From positions 3,104,001 through 3,168,000 of the forward strand of contig OY762428.1 in NCBI GenBank assembly GCA_963665665.1: DNA of 64,000 nucleotides. The letters are read 5' to 3'. Each line of letters starts with the position of its first letter. Position 1 is the stretch's first letter. The stretch comes from Candidatus Kapaibacterium sp. (GTDB taxonomy: Bacteria > Bacteroidota > Ignavibacteria > Kapaibacteriales > UBA2268). The notes beneath the pieces were generated by a model. That model saw only the letters and a program-made list of their open reading frames with translations. It was not told the DNA's origin and did not search any database. The position numbers and the translations under genes are program-made. Below, piece after piece: positions 10,195 through 20,604 of this stretch.

Positions 10195-11520
10195 ATGATG
10201 GAAAAGAAAAGAGTTATCATCATCGGCGCAGCCGGACGTGATTTCCACAATTTCAACACAGTTTACAGGAATGATGAAACAACAGAAGTAGTAGCTTTCA
10301 CAGCTGCTCAGATTCCGGATATCGACGGACGTATGTACCCACCGGCACTTGCAGGCGAACTTTATCCCGCAGGTATTCCGATCAAAGCCGAAGAAGAACT
10401 TGAAGCTCTTATCGAAGAATATAAAGTAGACGAATGCGTTCTTTCATATAGCGATCTTCCTTACGAAACAGTAATGCACATTGGATCTCGCGTTATGACA
10501 ACAGGCGCAAAATTTTCGATGCTCGGCTCATACCCGACTATGATCAAATCAACAAAACCTGTTGTATCTGTTACAGCTATCCGTACAGGTTGTGGCAAAA
10601 GCCAGACAACACGTGCGGTTGTTCGCGCACTTCTGGATCAGGGCAAAAAAGTTGCTTCTATCCGTCACCCTATGCCTTACGGCGATCTTGAAAAACAGAA
10701 AGTTCAGCGCTTTGCAGAACTCGAAGACCTCAAGAAACACGATTGCACAATCGAAGAAATGGAAGAGTACGAACCACATATCGCTATGGGCAGTATCATT
10801 TATGCCGGCGTAGATTATGAAGCAATCGTTCGCGAAGCAGAAAAAGAAGCTGACGTAATCGTTTGGGACGGTGGAAACAATGATATGCCTTTCTACAAAC
10901 CAGACCTTTCAATCGTTGTTGTTGATCCGCTTCGTCCGGGCCACGAAATTACTTATTATCCCGGTGAAGTTAACCTTCGCATGGCTGATGTTGTTGTTGT
11001 TAACAAAGTTGACTCTGCATATCCTGAAGATATGGAAGAAGTTCTCGACAATGTTCGCGAATACAACCCGACAGCAAAGATCATCCTTGCTGCTTCTTCA
11101 ATTATGGTTGACGACCTTGACGCTATCCGCGACAAAGAAGTTCTCGTTGTAGAAGACGGCCCGACCCTTACACACGGCGAAATGGATCTTGGCGCAGGTA
11201 CAGTAGCAGCACGCCGCTTTGGTGCAGCAGCTCTTGTTGATCCTCGTCCTTACACAGTAGGCAAACTTACCGAAACATTCGAGAAATATCCTGAAATCGG
11301 TATCCTTCTTCCTGCTATGGGTTATGGCGAACAGCAGATGAAAGACCTTGAAACAACTATCAACAATACAGAATGTGAAGCTGTTGTTATCGGAACTCCG
11401 ATCAACCTTGGCCGCTTCATCAAAATTGACAAACCGAATACTCGCGTTTATTATGAACTGAGCGAAATCGGTTTCCCGACAATCAAATCAGAAATTAAAG
11501 ACTTTGTTGAAAAACACTAA
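10195..11520 (+). CDS. arcE: Arginine synthetase ArcE-like P-loop protein (family usually annotated GTPase or cyclic 2,3-diphosphoglycerate synthase)
   Basis: GAAGRDFHNFN, QIPDI, RTGCGKS P-loop, RHPMPYG, TIEEMEEYEPHI, WDGGNND, EDGPTLTHG, LPAMGY. Recalled as matching the Thermococcus ArcE family; operon context with argF/arcC supports it. Confidence 0.7.
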   Translation: MMEKKRVIIIGAAGRDFHNFNTVYRNDETTEVVAFTAAQIPDIDGRMYPPALAGELYPAGIPIKAEEELEALIEEYKVDECVLSYSDLPYETVMHIGSRVMTTGAKFSMLGSYPTMIKSTKPVVSVTAIRTGCGKSQTTRAVVRALLDQGKKVASIRHPMPYGDLEKQKVQRFAELEDLKKHDCTIEEMEEYEPHIAMGSIIYAGVDYEAIVREAEKEADVIVWDGGNNDMPFYKPDLSIVVVDPLRPGHEITYYPGEVNLRMADVVVVNKVDSAYPEDMEEVLDNVREYNPTAKIILAASSIMVDDLDAIRDKEVLVVEDGPTLTHGEMDLGAGTVAARRFGAAALVDPRPYTVGKLTETFEKYPEIGILLPAMGYGEQQMKDLETTINNTECEAVVIGTPINLGRFIKIDKPNTRVYYELSEIGFPTIKSEIKDFVEKH

Positions 11521-11541
11521 TTTGATTTGATTGAAAAAATT

Positions 11542-11573
11542 GCCCTGCTTCATCCCGAGGCAGGGCTTTTTTT
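11542..11573 (+). terminator. Intrinsic terminator closing the arginine operon
   Basis: GCCCTGCTTC...GAGGCAGGGC stem followed by T7. Confidence 0.8.
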
Positions 11574-11639
11574 ATTTTAAATATTTGCGGGGATTGATTA
11601 TTTTGCCTTAATTCATTTTTACGAATTTTCGCCTTTAAA

Positions 11640-13205
11640 TTGATGAATACTACACCTAAAACCTCAATCTTAATTTTTTCGGTATCCGCCCTGTTATATT
11701 TGCTTGTCGGCATTAATTATGGTGTAAATATATATGCCGAAGGCCTGGCCCTTTTCGGAGCGGATATGGTATCAAAAGGATATATTCCATACCTGGATTT
11801 CTGGACAATTTATACGCCGGGACAGTTTTACCTTCTGGCAGGTTTTATGAATATATTTGGATGGGACATTCTTGCCGGAAGATTGCTAACAGTATTATTA
11901 ATAATTTCTTCCGGAGTTATTCTTACTCTGCTCGGAAAAAAGTTATCATACCAACGAATGTATTATTTACCATTTATTTTAACGGTTATCTGGTTTGGGC
12001 TTGTTCCGTCGTGGTCCAGGTCTGTACCATCTGCATTATTCCTCTCACTGCTTTCAATTTTTACTTACCTGAAGTTCAATGATAAAAATGCGGGCTTGAT
12101 CCTGCCGGGTGCTTTGGCCGCGATGACAGGATTTTTCAGGCATGACTTCGGGCTTTATGTGCTTATTGCAATAATTGCAGGAAATTTTGTATTTAATAAC
12201 CAATGGAAAACAATTATTAAAAAATCTTTTTGGGTAGTTATTGGTTTTATGATAGTATTGATACCTATTGCTGCCTATTTTCTGTCGAATGTACCATTCG
12301 ATATCCTGAAGGATCAATTAGTAGATACACCCCGTGAAGTCTTTGCTGATTACAGATCGCTTCCATTTCCTGTATTCGAAATATTTTCCAATCCCCCGGA
12401 TAGTTTAAGAGAATTAATCATAAAATGCTGGCAGGCTGTTGTTTTTTTAATCCCAATAATTTTTATTATTTATGGATTCATATACTATTTTAAAAACAGG
12501 AATTCCGAAAAAGGAGCTGGCATATTTATATTTGCTCTGCTTTCCCTGCTTATGTACAGCCAGTGTATTATCCGCTCAGATACCGAACACCTTACCCCGT
12601 CAATTGTAATAGCTTTTCCGCTTATAGTATTTGCCCTGATAAGGGAAGGAATAAAAAAATCAAGAAAAATTTTGATTTTTATTTCAATCGCCTTCATTGT
12701 ATCATTTCCTTTAATGAAAAAAACCATACTTGTCCAAAAGATCATAAGGGGAAATTCTGTAGAAATTGTTACTGACAGGTCAAATTATATTAAAGCAGAA
12801 CCTGTCTTTGCAAATGATTATAACGATATAATTGACTATATCCGGAAGCACAGTTCAGAAAATGATATAATATTTTCCGGATGTATAAGACATGACAAAC
12901 TTCTTATTAACGATGTGATGATATATTTTCTAACAGCAAAGAACAGCGCTTCATTCTATCATGAGCTCCATCCGGGAGTAACAACAACTCTTGAAGTGCA
13001 GGATAGAATTATTGATGAGATCAGCAAAAATAATCCGGCACTTATCATATTAAGTCGTCAGGATGCTGTTCAGGAACCCAATAAGTCCTCTGAAAGCAGC
13101 GGAGTAACATTACTTGATGAATACATTTCAGACAGATACCGTCATGTTTTTGAGAAAGGCGCGTACAGTATTCTTGAAAAAAGAACTAGTTTAAACGAGG
13201 ATTGA
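11640..13205 (+). CDS. Polytopic membrane protein, GT-C/ArnT-PMT-like glycosyltransferase
   Basis: EG...PYLDFWTIYTPG first loop, many TM segments, FRHD motif, soluble C-terminal domain. Confidence 0.6.
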   Translation: MMNTTPKTSILIFSVSALLYLLVGINYGVNIYAEGLALFGADMVSKGYIPYLDFWTIYTPGQFYLLAGFMNIFGWDILAGRLLTVLLIISSGVILTLLGKKLSYQRMYYLPFILTVIWFGLVPSWSRSVPSALFLSLLSIFTYLKFNDKNAGLILPGALAAMTGFFRHDFGLYVLIAIIAGNFVFNNQWKTIIKKSFWVVIGFMIVLIPIAAYFLSNVPFDILKDQLVDTPREVFADYRSLPFPVFEIFSNPPDSLRELIIKCWQAVVFLIPIIFIIYGFIYYFKNRNSEKGAGIFIFALLSLLMYSQCIIRSDTEHLTPSIVIAFPLIVFALIREGIKKSRKILIFISIAFIVSFPLMKKTILVQKIIRGNSVEIVTDRSNYIKAEPVFANDYNDIIDYIRKHSSENDIIFSGCIRHDKLLINDVMIYFLTAKNSASFYHELHPGVTTTLEVQDRIIDEISKNNPALIILSRQDAVQEPNKSSESSGVTLLDEYISDRYRHVFEKGAYSILEKRTSLNED

Positions 13206-13327
13206 CGATTATGATTACAGCAATTCTAATTGTTCTTTATAACCGGAATTGAGCATGTAACTATGAAAACTTTCAAAGAATTAACTTAATATCGGGTATA
13301 ATGTTAATATTATTTTAAACCTGATTT

Positions 13328-16300
13328 TTAATGAGCCATTTTATCGAAGCCGTTTCGTGCTCTTTTTACAAGTAGATGAACTCTGTTATCTGTATTTGCT
13401 TCGCTCATACCGGAATCAATATCAAGGAAGAGTATACTAAGTTCAGGGTCAATATCTTTCAGTGGTTTTTCCATGCCTCTTGCTATCACGTGGTTGGCAA
13501 TGCAGCCGAAAGGCTGAAGGCAAAGTACATTTTTAATATTATCTTCTGCAAATGCCAGTATATCGCCTGCAATCATCCACCCTTCTCCAAAATAGAGGTT
13601 CACCAGGTTCATTACTTTCGAGGCATTATCAGCTATGTGCTCAATATCATGCCATGGTTCATAATAATTGAATTTCTTCAGAACAGTATCAAATTTATTA
13701 AAGCTGTGCATATAATATTTTTTAATGATACCGGAAAGCATCGCGGATATGGGCTTACTGTCCGTAAGGGCTTTGTTTTTAACTTTCACGTTTACAAACC
13801 ACTGAATGAAAAGGTTTATCAGCGGGGGAGTAACAACTTCTATTCTTTCTTCAACCAGGCGGTCTACTATTTTAAAATTCCCGGCCGGATTATATTTAAC
13901 AAAAATTTCCCCTACCAATCCTATCTTTGGCACATTTTCGAATTCAAGTTCCACGGAGTTGAACTCATCAACTGCATGGCTCAGAAGATTCAAAAGGCCC
14001 TTCAGATCGCTGTCTTTGATATAATCAGCTGCCATATCAGAATATTTATCGGATATTTTTCTGGCAGAGCCCCTTTGTTTTTCACGCGGGGCTATTGAAT
14101 GATACATCCTGGAGAGTGAATCCCCGAAAAGAACTCCGATGGCCCCTTTGGATATAAGTTTTAAGGCGCTGGATTTGAATCCCGGCTGCTCATTCAATCC
14201 AAGGTCAATAACAGAAGCAGCAATAACCGGAATATTCTCATACCCGGCACTTACCAGGGATTTTTTCAACAAAGGTAAATAGCTCGATGCCCGGCACTGG
14301 CCACCGGTTTGTGATATGCCAACAGCAAGGTTGTTCAGATCGTATTTACCGGATTTTATTGCTTTCAGGATGTCTCCGATAACGAGAGTTGCAGGATAGC
14401 ATATTTCATTGTTCACATATTTCAATCCAAGCTCAACAGACGTGTCATCAGATTCAGGCAAAACTTCAACATCATAACCCATCGCGCTGAATGTTGCTGT
14501 TATATATGCAGAATGAAAAGGGGAAAAGAATGGAACAATTATCTTTTTCTTCCTGTCTTCTTCCTGGAAAAGTTTGGTGGTTTTTCTGGTATAACCCTTC
14601 AGGGAATTATCGTTCAAATCTTTTAACCGGATTGATTCTGCAAGAGAGCGTATTCGCAAGCGTAAGGATCCCGAGCCGGTATGCTCGTCAATCCTGATAA
14701 CTGTATGATTTTTTCCCCGGGATTCAAGTATTTCCCTCGTTTCGTCTATTACTATTGTATCCGGCCCGCAACCAAATGAATTAAGCTGAATATATTCAGC
14801 GCCGGGCAGTTTGCTAATATGTTTGGCCGAACGGTATATTCTGTTAGGATAAGCCCATTGGGTTAGTACCTGGATGTCTTTCACGTCGTCGCCGGACAGG
14901 TCAAGGGCATCTTCGGTAACTACATCAAGCCCGAAATCAACGATCATCTCGGGTATATTGTGATTAACAAGGGTATCTATATGATAAGGCCGGCCTGATA
15001 GAACAATGAATCGTTTGTTTCGGCTGATATTATTTACAATTATTTCATTTCCTTTTTCAAGGAGTTTATCCCTGTATTCCTGCTTTGCCTGTAAGGCTTT
15101 GTTAAAAGCTTTGTTAATTACTCGCGGAGTAATACCAAGGGATGATAAATATTTTTTGCAGGAGCGCTTCAATAATTTCAAGTCTTTGAAACTTACTGTT
15201 GGAGTGTCAAAATGGATATTGTGTTTTTCCGGGTTAACGGCTTTTCTTATTAAGTCAGGGTAGCCTGAAACTACAGGGCAGTTATACGCATTGATTGCTG
15301 TTTCTTCTTCTTTTGTTTCGTATATCACCATTGGATAGAAAATACGGTCGACTTTCTTTTCAATCAGCCTTATTATGTGCCCGTGTGCCAGTTTTGCCGG
15401 GTAGCATATATTATCGGACATAACGGTTCCGGCACCGAGATCGCTGATCTCGTTATTAGATTTTCCGGAAAGAACAACTTCGAATCCGCACTCTCTGAGC
15501 AGTGTAGCCCAGAATGGAAAATTTTCGAACATATTCAAAGCTTCAGGCAGGCCAATCCTTGCAATAGCAGGCTGTTCAGGTTTCATCGGCCTTGCGAAAA
15601 GAAGTTTATATTTATATTCTGTCAGGTTGAAACCTCTTTCTGTTCGCCGGCCTTTCGAGGAAAACAATTTCTCGCATCTGTTGCCGGTATAGAACACGTT
15701 ACCGTTGGCAAATTTCAATCTTGTAATGCCGCACTGGTTTTCACATCCGGAGCAGGTGATTTTCCGGGTAGTGAATTCTGGTACCTGCTTAAGGTCGGAA
15801 ATTTTATTTATTGATTTGGCTTTACAAATTTCCGCCTGCCCCGCGGCATAAAGTGCTGCCCCGTAAGCTCCCATTAATTCCGAAATATCCGGGCAGGTAA
15901 CCTGCCTGCCAATTTTATTTTCAAATGCTTTGTGTACTGCCGGGTTTTTGAACGTTCCGCCCTGAACAATTATATTCTTACCAAGAACATCCGGGTTGTG
16001 AATTCTTAATACCTTGTGCAGGCAATTATCGATAACAGAATAAGCAAGCCCTGCTGATATATCTTCGATTCCGGCGCCCTCGCGGAAGCTTTGCTTAACT
16101 TTTGAATTCATAAATACCGTGCAGCGTGTTCCCAGGTTGCAGGGGTCGGTGGAATTACAGGCAAGGGCGGCAAATTCATGGACGGGATGCCCGAGCGAAT
16201 CAGCAAAAGTTTCTATAAAAGATCCGCATCCTGAAGAACAGGCTTCGTTGATCTCAATATTTTTAATAATACCATTTTCCACATATATTGCTTTCATATC

Positions 16301-17590
16301 CTGTCCGCCGATATCCAGAATAAAAGATACCTTTTCGGAAAATTGCTTTGCAGCAGTGAAATGGGCTATTGTTTCAACAACCCCGTAATCCAGGTTGAAA
16401 GCAGAGCGGATAAGCTCCTCGCCATAACCTGTTACAGCCGAGGAGTAAAGCTCAATATCAGCTACAGACGGATACTCTGTAATTAATTTTCTGATACCAT
16501 TTTCCACAGCGGCAACCGGGTCGCCGTCATTGTTGGCATAATATTTAAAAGCGATATTTCCTTTTCGGTCAGTCAATACAATTTTTGTTGTGGTAGAACC
16601 TGAATCAATACCAAGAATACAGTTGCCGCTTTTTAGTTTGGAAATATCCATTGTAGGAGCTTTTACGGAATTTCTATTTTTCAGCCATTCCTTCTTTTCC
16701 TCATTGCTTTTAAAAAGCGGTGTCGCCCTTTTTTTGACTGCCCCGGGCCTTACAGAGCAACGGTTCATTCGTTTGCAGATATCATCTATTGCTATCCTGA
16801 AACTATCATTTCCGGATGCAATTGCAGCACCGTAAGCAGGAACTAATTGCGGCGATTCAATATTAATTATATTTTCTTCATTCAGCCGGAAAACATTCAG
16901 CATTGATTTACGGAGATTTGAAATAAATGACAAGGGGCCGCCGGAAAATATCACTCCCGGCCTGACATCATTTCCTTTCATTAAAGTATTCTTGATCTGG
17001 AGCGCTATTGCGTTAAATACTGATGCAGCAATATCAGGCAGTGAAATCTTTTGGCTTAGCAGGTTCTGAACATCTGTTTTTGCAAACACTCCGCATCTTG
17101 ATGCAATCGGATATACTTTTTCGGATTTATCCGCAAGGCTGTTCAGCTTAGAGACGGGCATTTTCAGCAATGTTGCAATCTGGTCGATGAAAGCACCTGT
17201 TCCGCCGGCACATGAACCATTCATTCGCAGATCATGGCTGCCGTTGGAATTAAGAAAAATAATTTTTGAATCTTCTCCGCCAATATCTATCAGTGTTCTT
17301 GCCTCGGGATGCCTCGTTGTTACAAATTCTGCCGAAGCTATCAGCTCCTGAACAAAGGGTATTCCGCTTTTCTCTGACAGGCCCATACCTGCACTGCCAG
17401 TAATTGCAAGCGACATTTCCTGCCCGGAGAATTTCTGCAATGCTTTATTTATTATAGTATTAACCGTGGACTTAATCCTGCCGTTATGCCTGTTATATTC
17501 CGAAAACAATACTCTGTCCCGGCTGTCAGTAATAACAGCTTTTGCCGTGGTCGACCCAATATCAAGTCCAAGTTTAAGTCCGGTTAACAT
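13328..17590 (-). CDS. Acyl-CoA dehydratase activase-related fusion (two BcrAD/BadFG ASKHA ATPase domains, DUF2229, dehydratase-like tail)
   Basis: GLDIGSTT and GIDSGSTT, DIGGED and DIGGQD, CAGGTG and CSSGCG, RCGVF and RCTVF, NSFGCG, QPFGC. ATG 17590 chosen as start. Confidence 0.85.
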   Translation of the reverse strand: MLTGLKLGLDIGSTTAKAVITDSRDRVLFSEYNRHNGRIKSTVNTIINKALQKFSGQEMSLAITGSAGMGLSEKSGIPFVQELIASAEFVTTRHPEARTLIDIGGEDSKIIFLNSNGSHDLRMNGSCAGGTGAFIDQIATLLKMPVSKLNSLADKSEKVYPIASRCGVFAKTDVQNLLSQKISLPDIAASVFNAIALQIKNTLMKGNDVRPGVIFSGGPLSFISNLRKSMLNVFRLNEENIINIESPQLVPAYGAAIASGNDSFRIAIDDICKRMNRCSVRPGAVKKRATPLFKSNEEKKEWLKNRNSVKAPTMDISKLKSGNCILGIDSGSTTTKIVLTDRKGNIAFKYYANNDGDPVAAVENGIRKLITEYPSVADIELYSSAVTGYGEELIRSAFNLDYGVVETIAHFTAAKQFSEKVSFILDIGGQDMKAIYVENGIIKNIEINEACSSGCGSFIETFADSLGHPVHEFAALACNSTDPCNLGTRCTVFMNSKVKQSFREGAGIEDISAGLAYSVIDNCLHKVLRIHNPDVLGKNIIVQGGTFKNPAVHKAFENKIGRQVTCPDISELMGAYGAALYAAGQAEICKAKSINKISDLKQVPEFTTRKITCSGCENQCGITRLKFANGNVFYTGNRCEKLFSSKGRRTERGFNLTEYKYKLLFARPMKPEQPAIARIGLPEALNMFENFPFWATLLRECGFEVVLSGKSNNEISDLGAGTVMSDNICYPAKLAHGHIIRLIEKKVDRIFYPMVIYETKEEETAINAYNCPVVSGYPDLIRKAVNPEKHNIHFDTPTVSFKDLKLLKRSCKKYLSSLGITPRVINKAFNKALQAKQEYRDKLLEKGNEIIVNNISRNKRFIVLSGRPYHIDTLVNHNIPEMIVDFGLDVVTEDALDLSGDDVKDIQVLTQWAYPNRIYRSAKHISKLPGAEYIQLNSFGCGPDTIVIDETREILESRGKNHTVIRIDEHTGSGSLRLRIRSLAESIRLKDLNDNSLKGYTRKTTKLFQEEDRKKKIIVPFFSPFHSAYITATFSAMGYDVEVLPESDDTSVELGLKYVNNEICYPATLVIGDILKAIKSGKYDLNNLAVGISQTGGQCRASSYLPLLKKSLVSAGYENIPVIAASVIDLGLNEQPGFKSSALKLISKGAIGVLFGDSLSRMYHSIAPREKQRGSARKISDKYSDMAADYIKDSDLKGLLNLLSHAVDEFNSVELEFENVPKIGLVGEIFVKYNPAGNFKIVDRLVEERIEVVTPPLINLFIQWFVNVKVKNKALTDSKPISAMLSGIIKKYYMHSFNKFDTVLKKFNYYEPWHDIEHIADNASKVMNLVNLYFGEGWMIAGDILAFAEDNIKNVLCLQPFGCIANHVIARGMEKPLKDIDPELSILFLDIDSGMSEANTDNRVHLLVKRARNGFDKMAH

Positions 17591-17979
17591 TCCCTGCTCA
17601 ATTAAAGCTAACAATGAAACGAATTTACCTATTTATTCTCTTATTTTCAAAGTATAAATTCATTTTGAAAAAATTAACTATATAAATATATTAACCATCT
17701 GGTTAATAATTTTGCAATTTATAAAAATTTTGACAAATATTTTAAGCAATTTTTCTACTGTCAGCAATAATATTTTTCCAAACCTGCCTGCCGTGGGACG
17801 GAAGAGAAACATCAGGACGAGTTGTTCCCTTATGTGGTGGTTATTAATATTTGCAAATTGTTGCCCAAAAAGCGGGCTGGCATTGCAAAAGTAATGAATC
17901 AATATATCGGTACATTTTCAGCTTTCCTGTGCAGGATATTGTTTTTTTTAAAATTATTATAACAGCCGGCGGAATTGAA

Positions 17980-19203
17980 TCAATAATTAATTGTCATCAG
18001 GTAAAGCCGGTTATTAAGAATTCCCAATGTTTCATATCTTCCTTCACGCCAATTATATCGGGGGTCGATTGTTGCATCGACCATCATTCCTGCAACATTC
18101 ATCTTTCTGTCCAGGTATTGCATAACCAGTGAAGTGGATGTACAATAGGCGATAGTTCGGCTTTTGGGTTTAACGGCAATATCTTTTTGCCAGGTTAGAC
18201 CGGTATAAACATCATATCTGCGTCCATTGATATTTACAAAGCAGTCGATCCTGCATCCCACATAATAAAGTTCAGAACCGTCATAGGTAAAATGAGGATA
18301 GCCTGTATCTTCGCCCCCGGCATATTCCGTTGCGTTCAGAACAACAATTTCCTCGCCTTCGTATTCGGCGCTGAAAGCCATCATTGGGAGTTCAGGATGG
18401 AGGATAAAATTAGCAGCTACAGGATATGGCCTGGTAATCAATGGTTCATAGTATTCATCAGAGAACAAAACTCCCTGTGTTTGCCCGCTCATGGATGAAG
18501 CCAGGCATCCGGCAACAGTACCATAAAGGTTAATTGTCAGTTCGCGAATATTAATATAGGGGTCTGTTATTGATTCCTCCCCTTTGTAAACCTGCCATGA
18601 AAAGCCGTTTCTGCCGGCATAAACAATTCTGCCGTCGTACCAGAATCCAGCAACTATTACGGTATCATAAGGAATGCTTTCCTTGCCGTTCACATTGATC
18701 ACGTAGCCTCCGGCCCTTTTGCCGATGAAAGCAATTCTTTCGGAATTATTACTCAGGTAATAGCGCCCGAAACGCTGATACACTCTGATTACACGGTTTT
18801 TCCAGACTATGTATTCATCCCCGGCTTCATAATAGGAATAAACAAGATGCTGGGAATTCGGGCTGAATTCCATCGCTCCGGGATCCGTTCCTGGAAGAAT
18901 CATTACAGAATCATCGGTAACAAGATACCATTGTACATTATCCTTGGCAAAAAATGCCCAGCGTTCGCCGTCCGGAGAGAATACCGGGTAAGTTAACTCG
19001 GCGTAGGATTCAGAACGGATACCGTCAATGATCAGACGGTACTGGCCGGTAAATGGCTTTGTAACAGCCCACCAATGGTGAGTTGTATCCATTCCGATAT
19101 TATGAATTTCCTCTGTTCCGTCCAGCAGCAAATAATCACGGCTCAGATCTGCCCGCAATTCAACAAATGATACAAATATTAGCAGAAAAAATATTAATCG
19201 CAT
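17980..19203 (-). CDS. Secreted TolB/WD40-like beta-rich protein of unknown function
   Basis: Signal peptide; FSPDG, FSPNS and FTYDG blade motifs. Confidence 0.55.
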   Translation of the reverse strand: MRLIFFLLIFVSFVELRADLSRDYLLLDGTEEIHNIGMDTTHHWWAVTKPFTGQYRLIIDGIRSESYAELTYPVFSPDGERWAFFAKDNVQWYLVTDDSVMILPGTDPGAMEFSPNSQHLVYSYYEAGDEYIVWKNRVIRVYQRFGRYYLSNNSERIAFIGKRAGGYVINVNGKESIPYDTVIVAGFWYDGRIVYAGRNGFSWQVYKGEESITDPYINIRELTINLYGTVAGCLASSMSGQTQGVLFSDEYYEPLITRPYPVAANFILHPELPMMAFSAEYEGEEIVVLNATEYAGGEDTGYPHFTYDGSELYYVGCRIDCFVNINGRRYDVYTGLTWQKDIAVKPKSRTIAYCTSTSLVMQYLDRKMNVAGMMVDATIDPRYNWREGRYETLGILNNRLYLMTINY

Positions 19204-19269
19204 AATTTACAGTATTAAGCAACACATAATCAAATAAAGATACGAAAAAAAGGGTTTGCCTGAAAATAT

Positions 19270-19773
19270 TTATTTTTTTCTGAATACGGCTTCAAGAAGA
19301 GCGTTGTGTTCTTTCCATGCTTCAGCACAATTTTTCCTATTGAATTTTGAGCTGCTAAGCCTGCAAATTGGTGGTGTTGGGATCAGTTCGCGGCATACAA
19401 CAGGCCGTTCTGAATGATTCAGGGAGCATCCACTGCCAGTCAGGAATGCACATTCTCCTCTTCGCAAAGGATCAAATGATCTTTCCGCTCCTTTTCTTGC
19501 AGTTCTGAGATAATAGAGGGATTGGGGAAGTGCGTTGCATTGTGTCGGTGTTTCGTAAATATCAACAGCAAACATTCCGGTATTCAGAAGGAAATATATT
19601 TGTTCTGAATTTAATTTTTCGGATTTGATTTTAATATTAAATTTTCCGGGTCTTTGGGATTGATTTTCTAAAAGCAAACTTATAAAACTTTTAACTTCCT
19701 CGGGAAATATCTGTGCTCCGCCTGCCTTGCAGCACAGGCCTCCGCATTCGGCGCATATTTCCGGAATTTCCAT
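19270..19773 (-). CDS. YkgJ-family CxxCxxxCC cysteine-cluster protein
   Basis: CAECGGLCC...CAFL...GC...RPVVCR. Confidence 0.8.
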   Translation of the reverse strand: MEIPEICAECGGLCCKAGGAQIFPEEVKSFISLLLENQSQRPGKFNIKIKSEKLNSEQIYFLLNTGMFAVDIYETPTQCNALPQSLYYLRTARKGAERSFDPLRRGECAFLTGSGCSLNHSERPVVCRELIPTPPICRLSSSKFNRKNCAEAWKEHNALLEAVFRKK

Positions 19774-20363
19774 CAGGTATATAAATTTTTGATTTTGTCA
19801 TACCTGAATGCAGTTGATCTGCCGGATGTTTCCCATTCTTTCAGGCTAATACCTGAATTATCTTTTTCAGACAATAAAGGATTATCTATCGGCCATTTTA
19901 TTCCTATATCAGGATCATTCCAGGAAATACTGCCCTCGCCGGGTTTATTCCAGTAGGCAGTGCATTTGTATTGAAGCTCAACAATGTCCGAAAGGCAGCA
20001 GAAACCGTTTGCAAATCCCGGTGGCACCCAAATCTGGCGCATATTTTCCGAACTGATCTCGATACCGAACCATTTACCAAAAGTAGGCGATCCGGGCCTG
20101 ATATCAACCTCGACGATATATGCCTTGCCGGCTGTTACTCTGATCAGCTTTCCCTGGGGCGGGTCGAATTGGAAGTGCATACCCCTAAGCACGTCTTTAA
20201 CCGAACGGCTATGGTTGTCCTGAATGAATTTAGTATTTACCCCGAGTTCCTGCAGGTCGGAATCCCTGAAGCTTTCCATAAAAAATCCCCTGCTATCCCT
20301 GAAAACCTTAGTATCAAATATTTTAAGCCCGTTCAGTTCTTCGCCGATTAATTCCAATGCCAT
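19773..20363 (-). CDS. rfbC: dTDP-4-dehydrorhamnose 3,5-epimerase
   Basis: DSRGFFME, QDNHS, LRGMHFQ, QGKLIRV, DIRPGSPTFG, PPGFANGF, WNDPDIGIKWP, LSEKD. Confidence 0.95.
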   Translation of the reverse strand: MALELIGEELNGLKIFDTKVFRDSRGFFMESFRDSDLQELGVNTKFIQDNHSRSVKDVLRGMHFQFDPPQGKLIRVTAGKAYIVEVDIRPGSPTFGKWFGIEISSENMRQIWVPPGFANGFCCLSDIVELQYKCTAYWNKPGEGSISWNDPDIGIKWPIDNPLLSEKDNSGISLKEWETSGRSTAFRYDKIKNLYT

Positions 20364-20604
20364 TTCAATTTCTTCATTGTTTTAAAAGAACAAAAATAGT
20401 AAAAATTCGTGAGAACGGGGAAGGAAGAATATATGCCTGAAGCAAGCTTGGATATCTTTTTCAAAATATCCATAGTAGTCTCGGAAGCATGGGGAGAGGA
20501 AGAATTATTTACGGGGTCTCACAAAACTTCCTGTTTCAATAAAAATGTCCAACACCATCGGTGCCGGACATCTGAATCAAATTTATCCGATTGGCCGGAA
20601 TAAA

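Noticed and set aside
10195-11520. Cyclic 2,3-diphosphoglycerate synthase or generic GTPase
   Set aside because: No 2-phosphoglycerate kinase nearby; the argF/arcC/rocD context favours an ArcE-like role, though this is not proven.
17780-17890. GC-richer patch upstream of the activase gene as a riboswitch
   Set aside because: No riboswitch consensus recognised; CCTGCCTGCCG looks like a repeat remnant. An Rfam scan would settle it.
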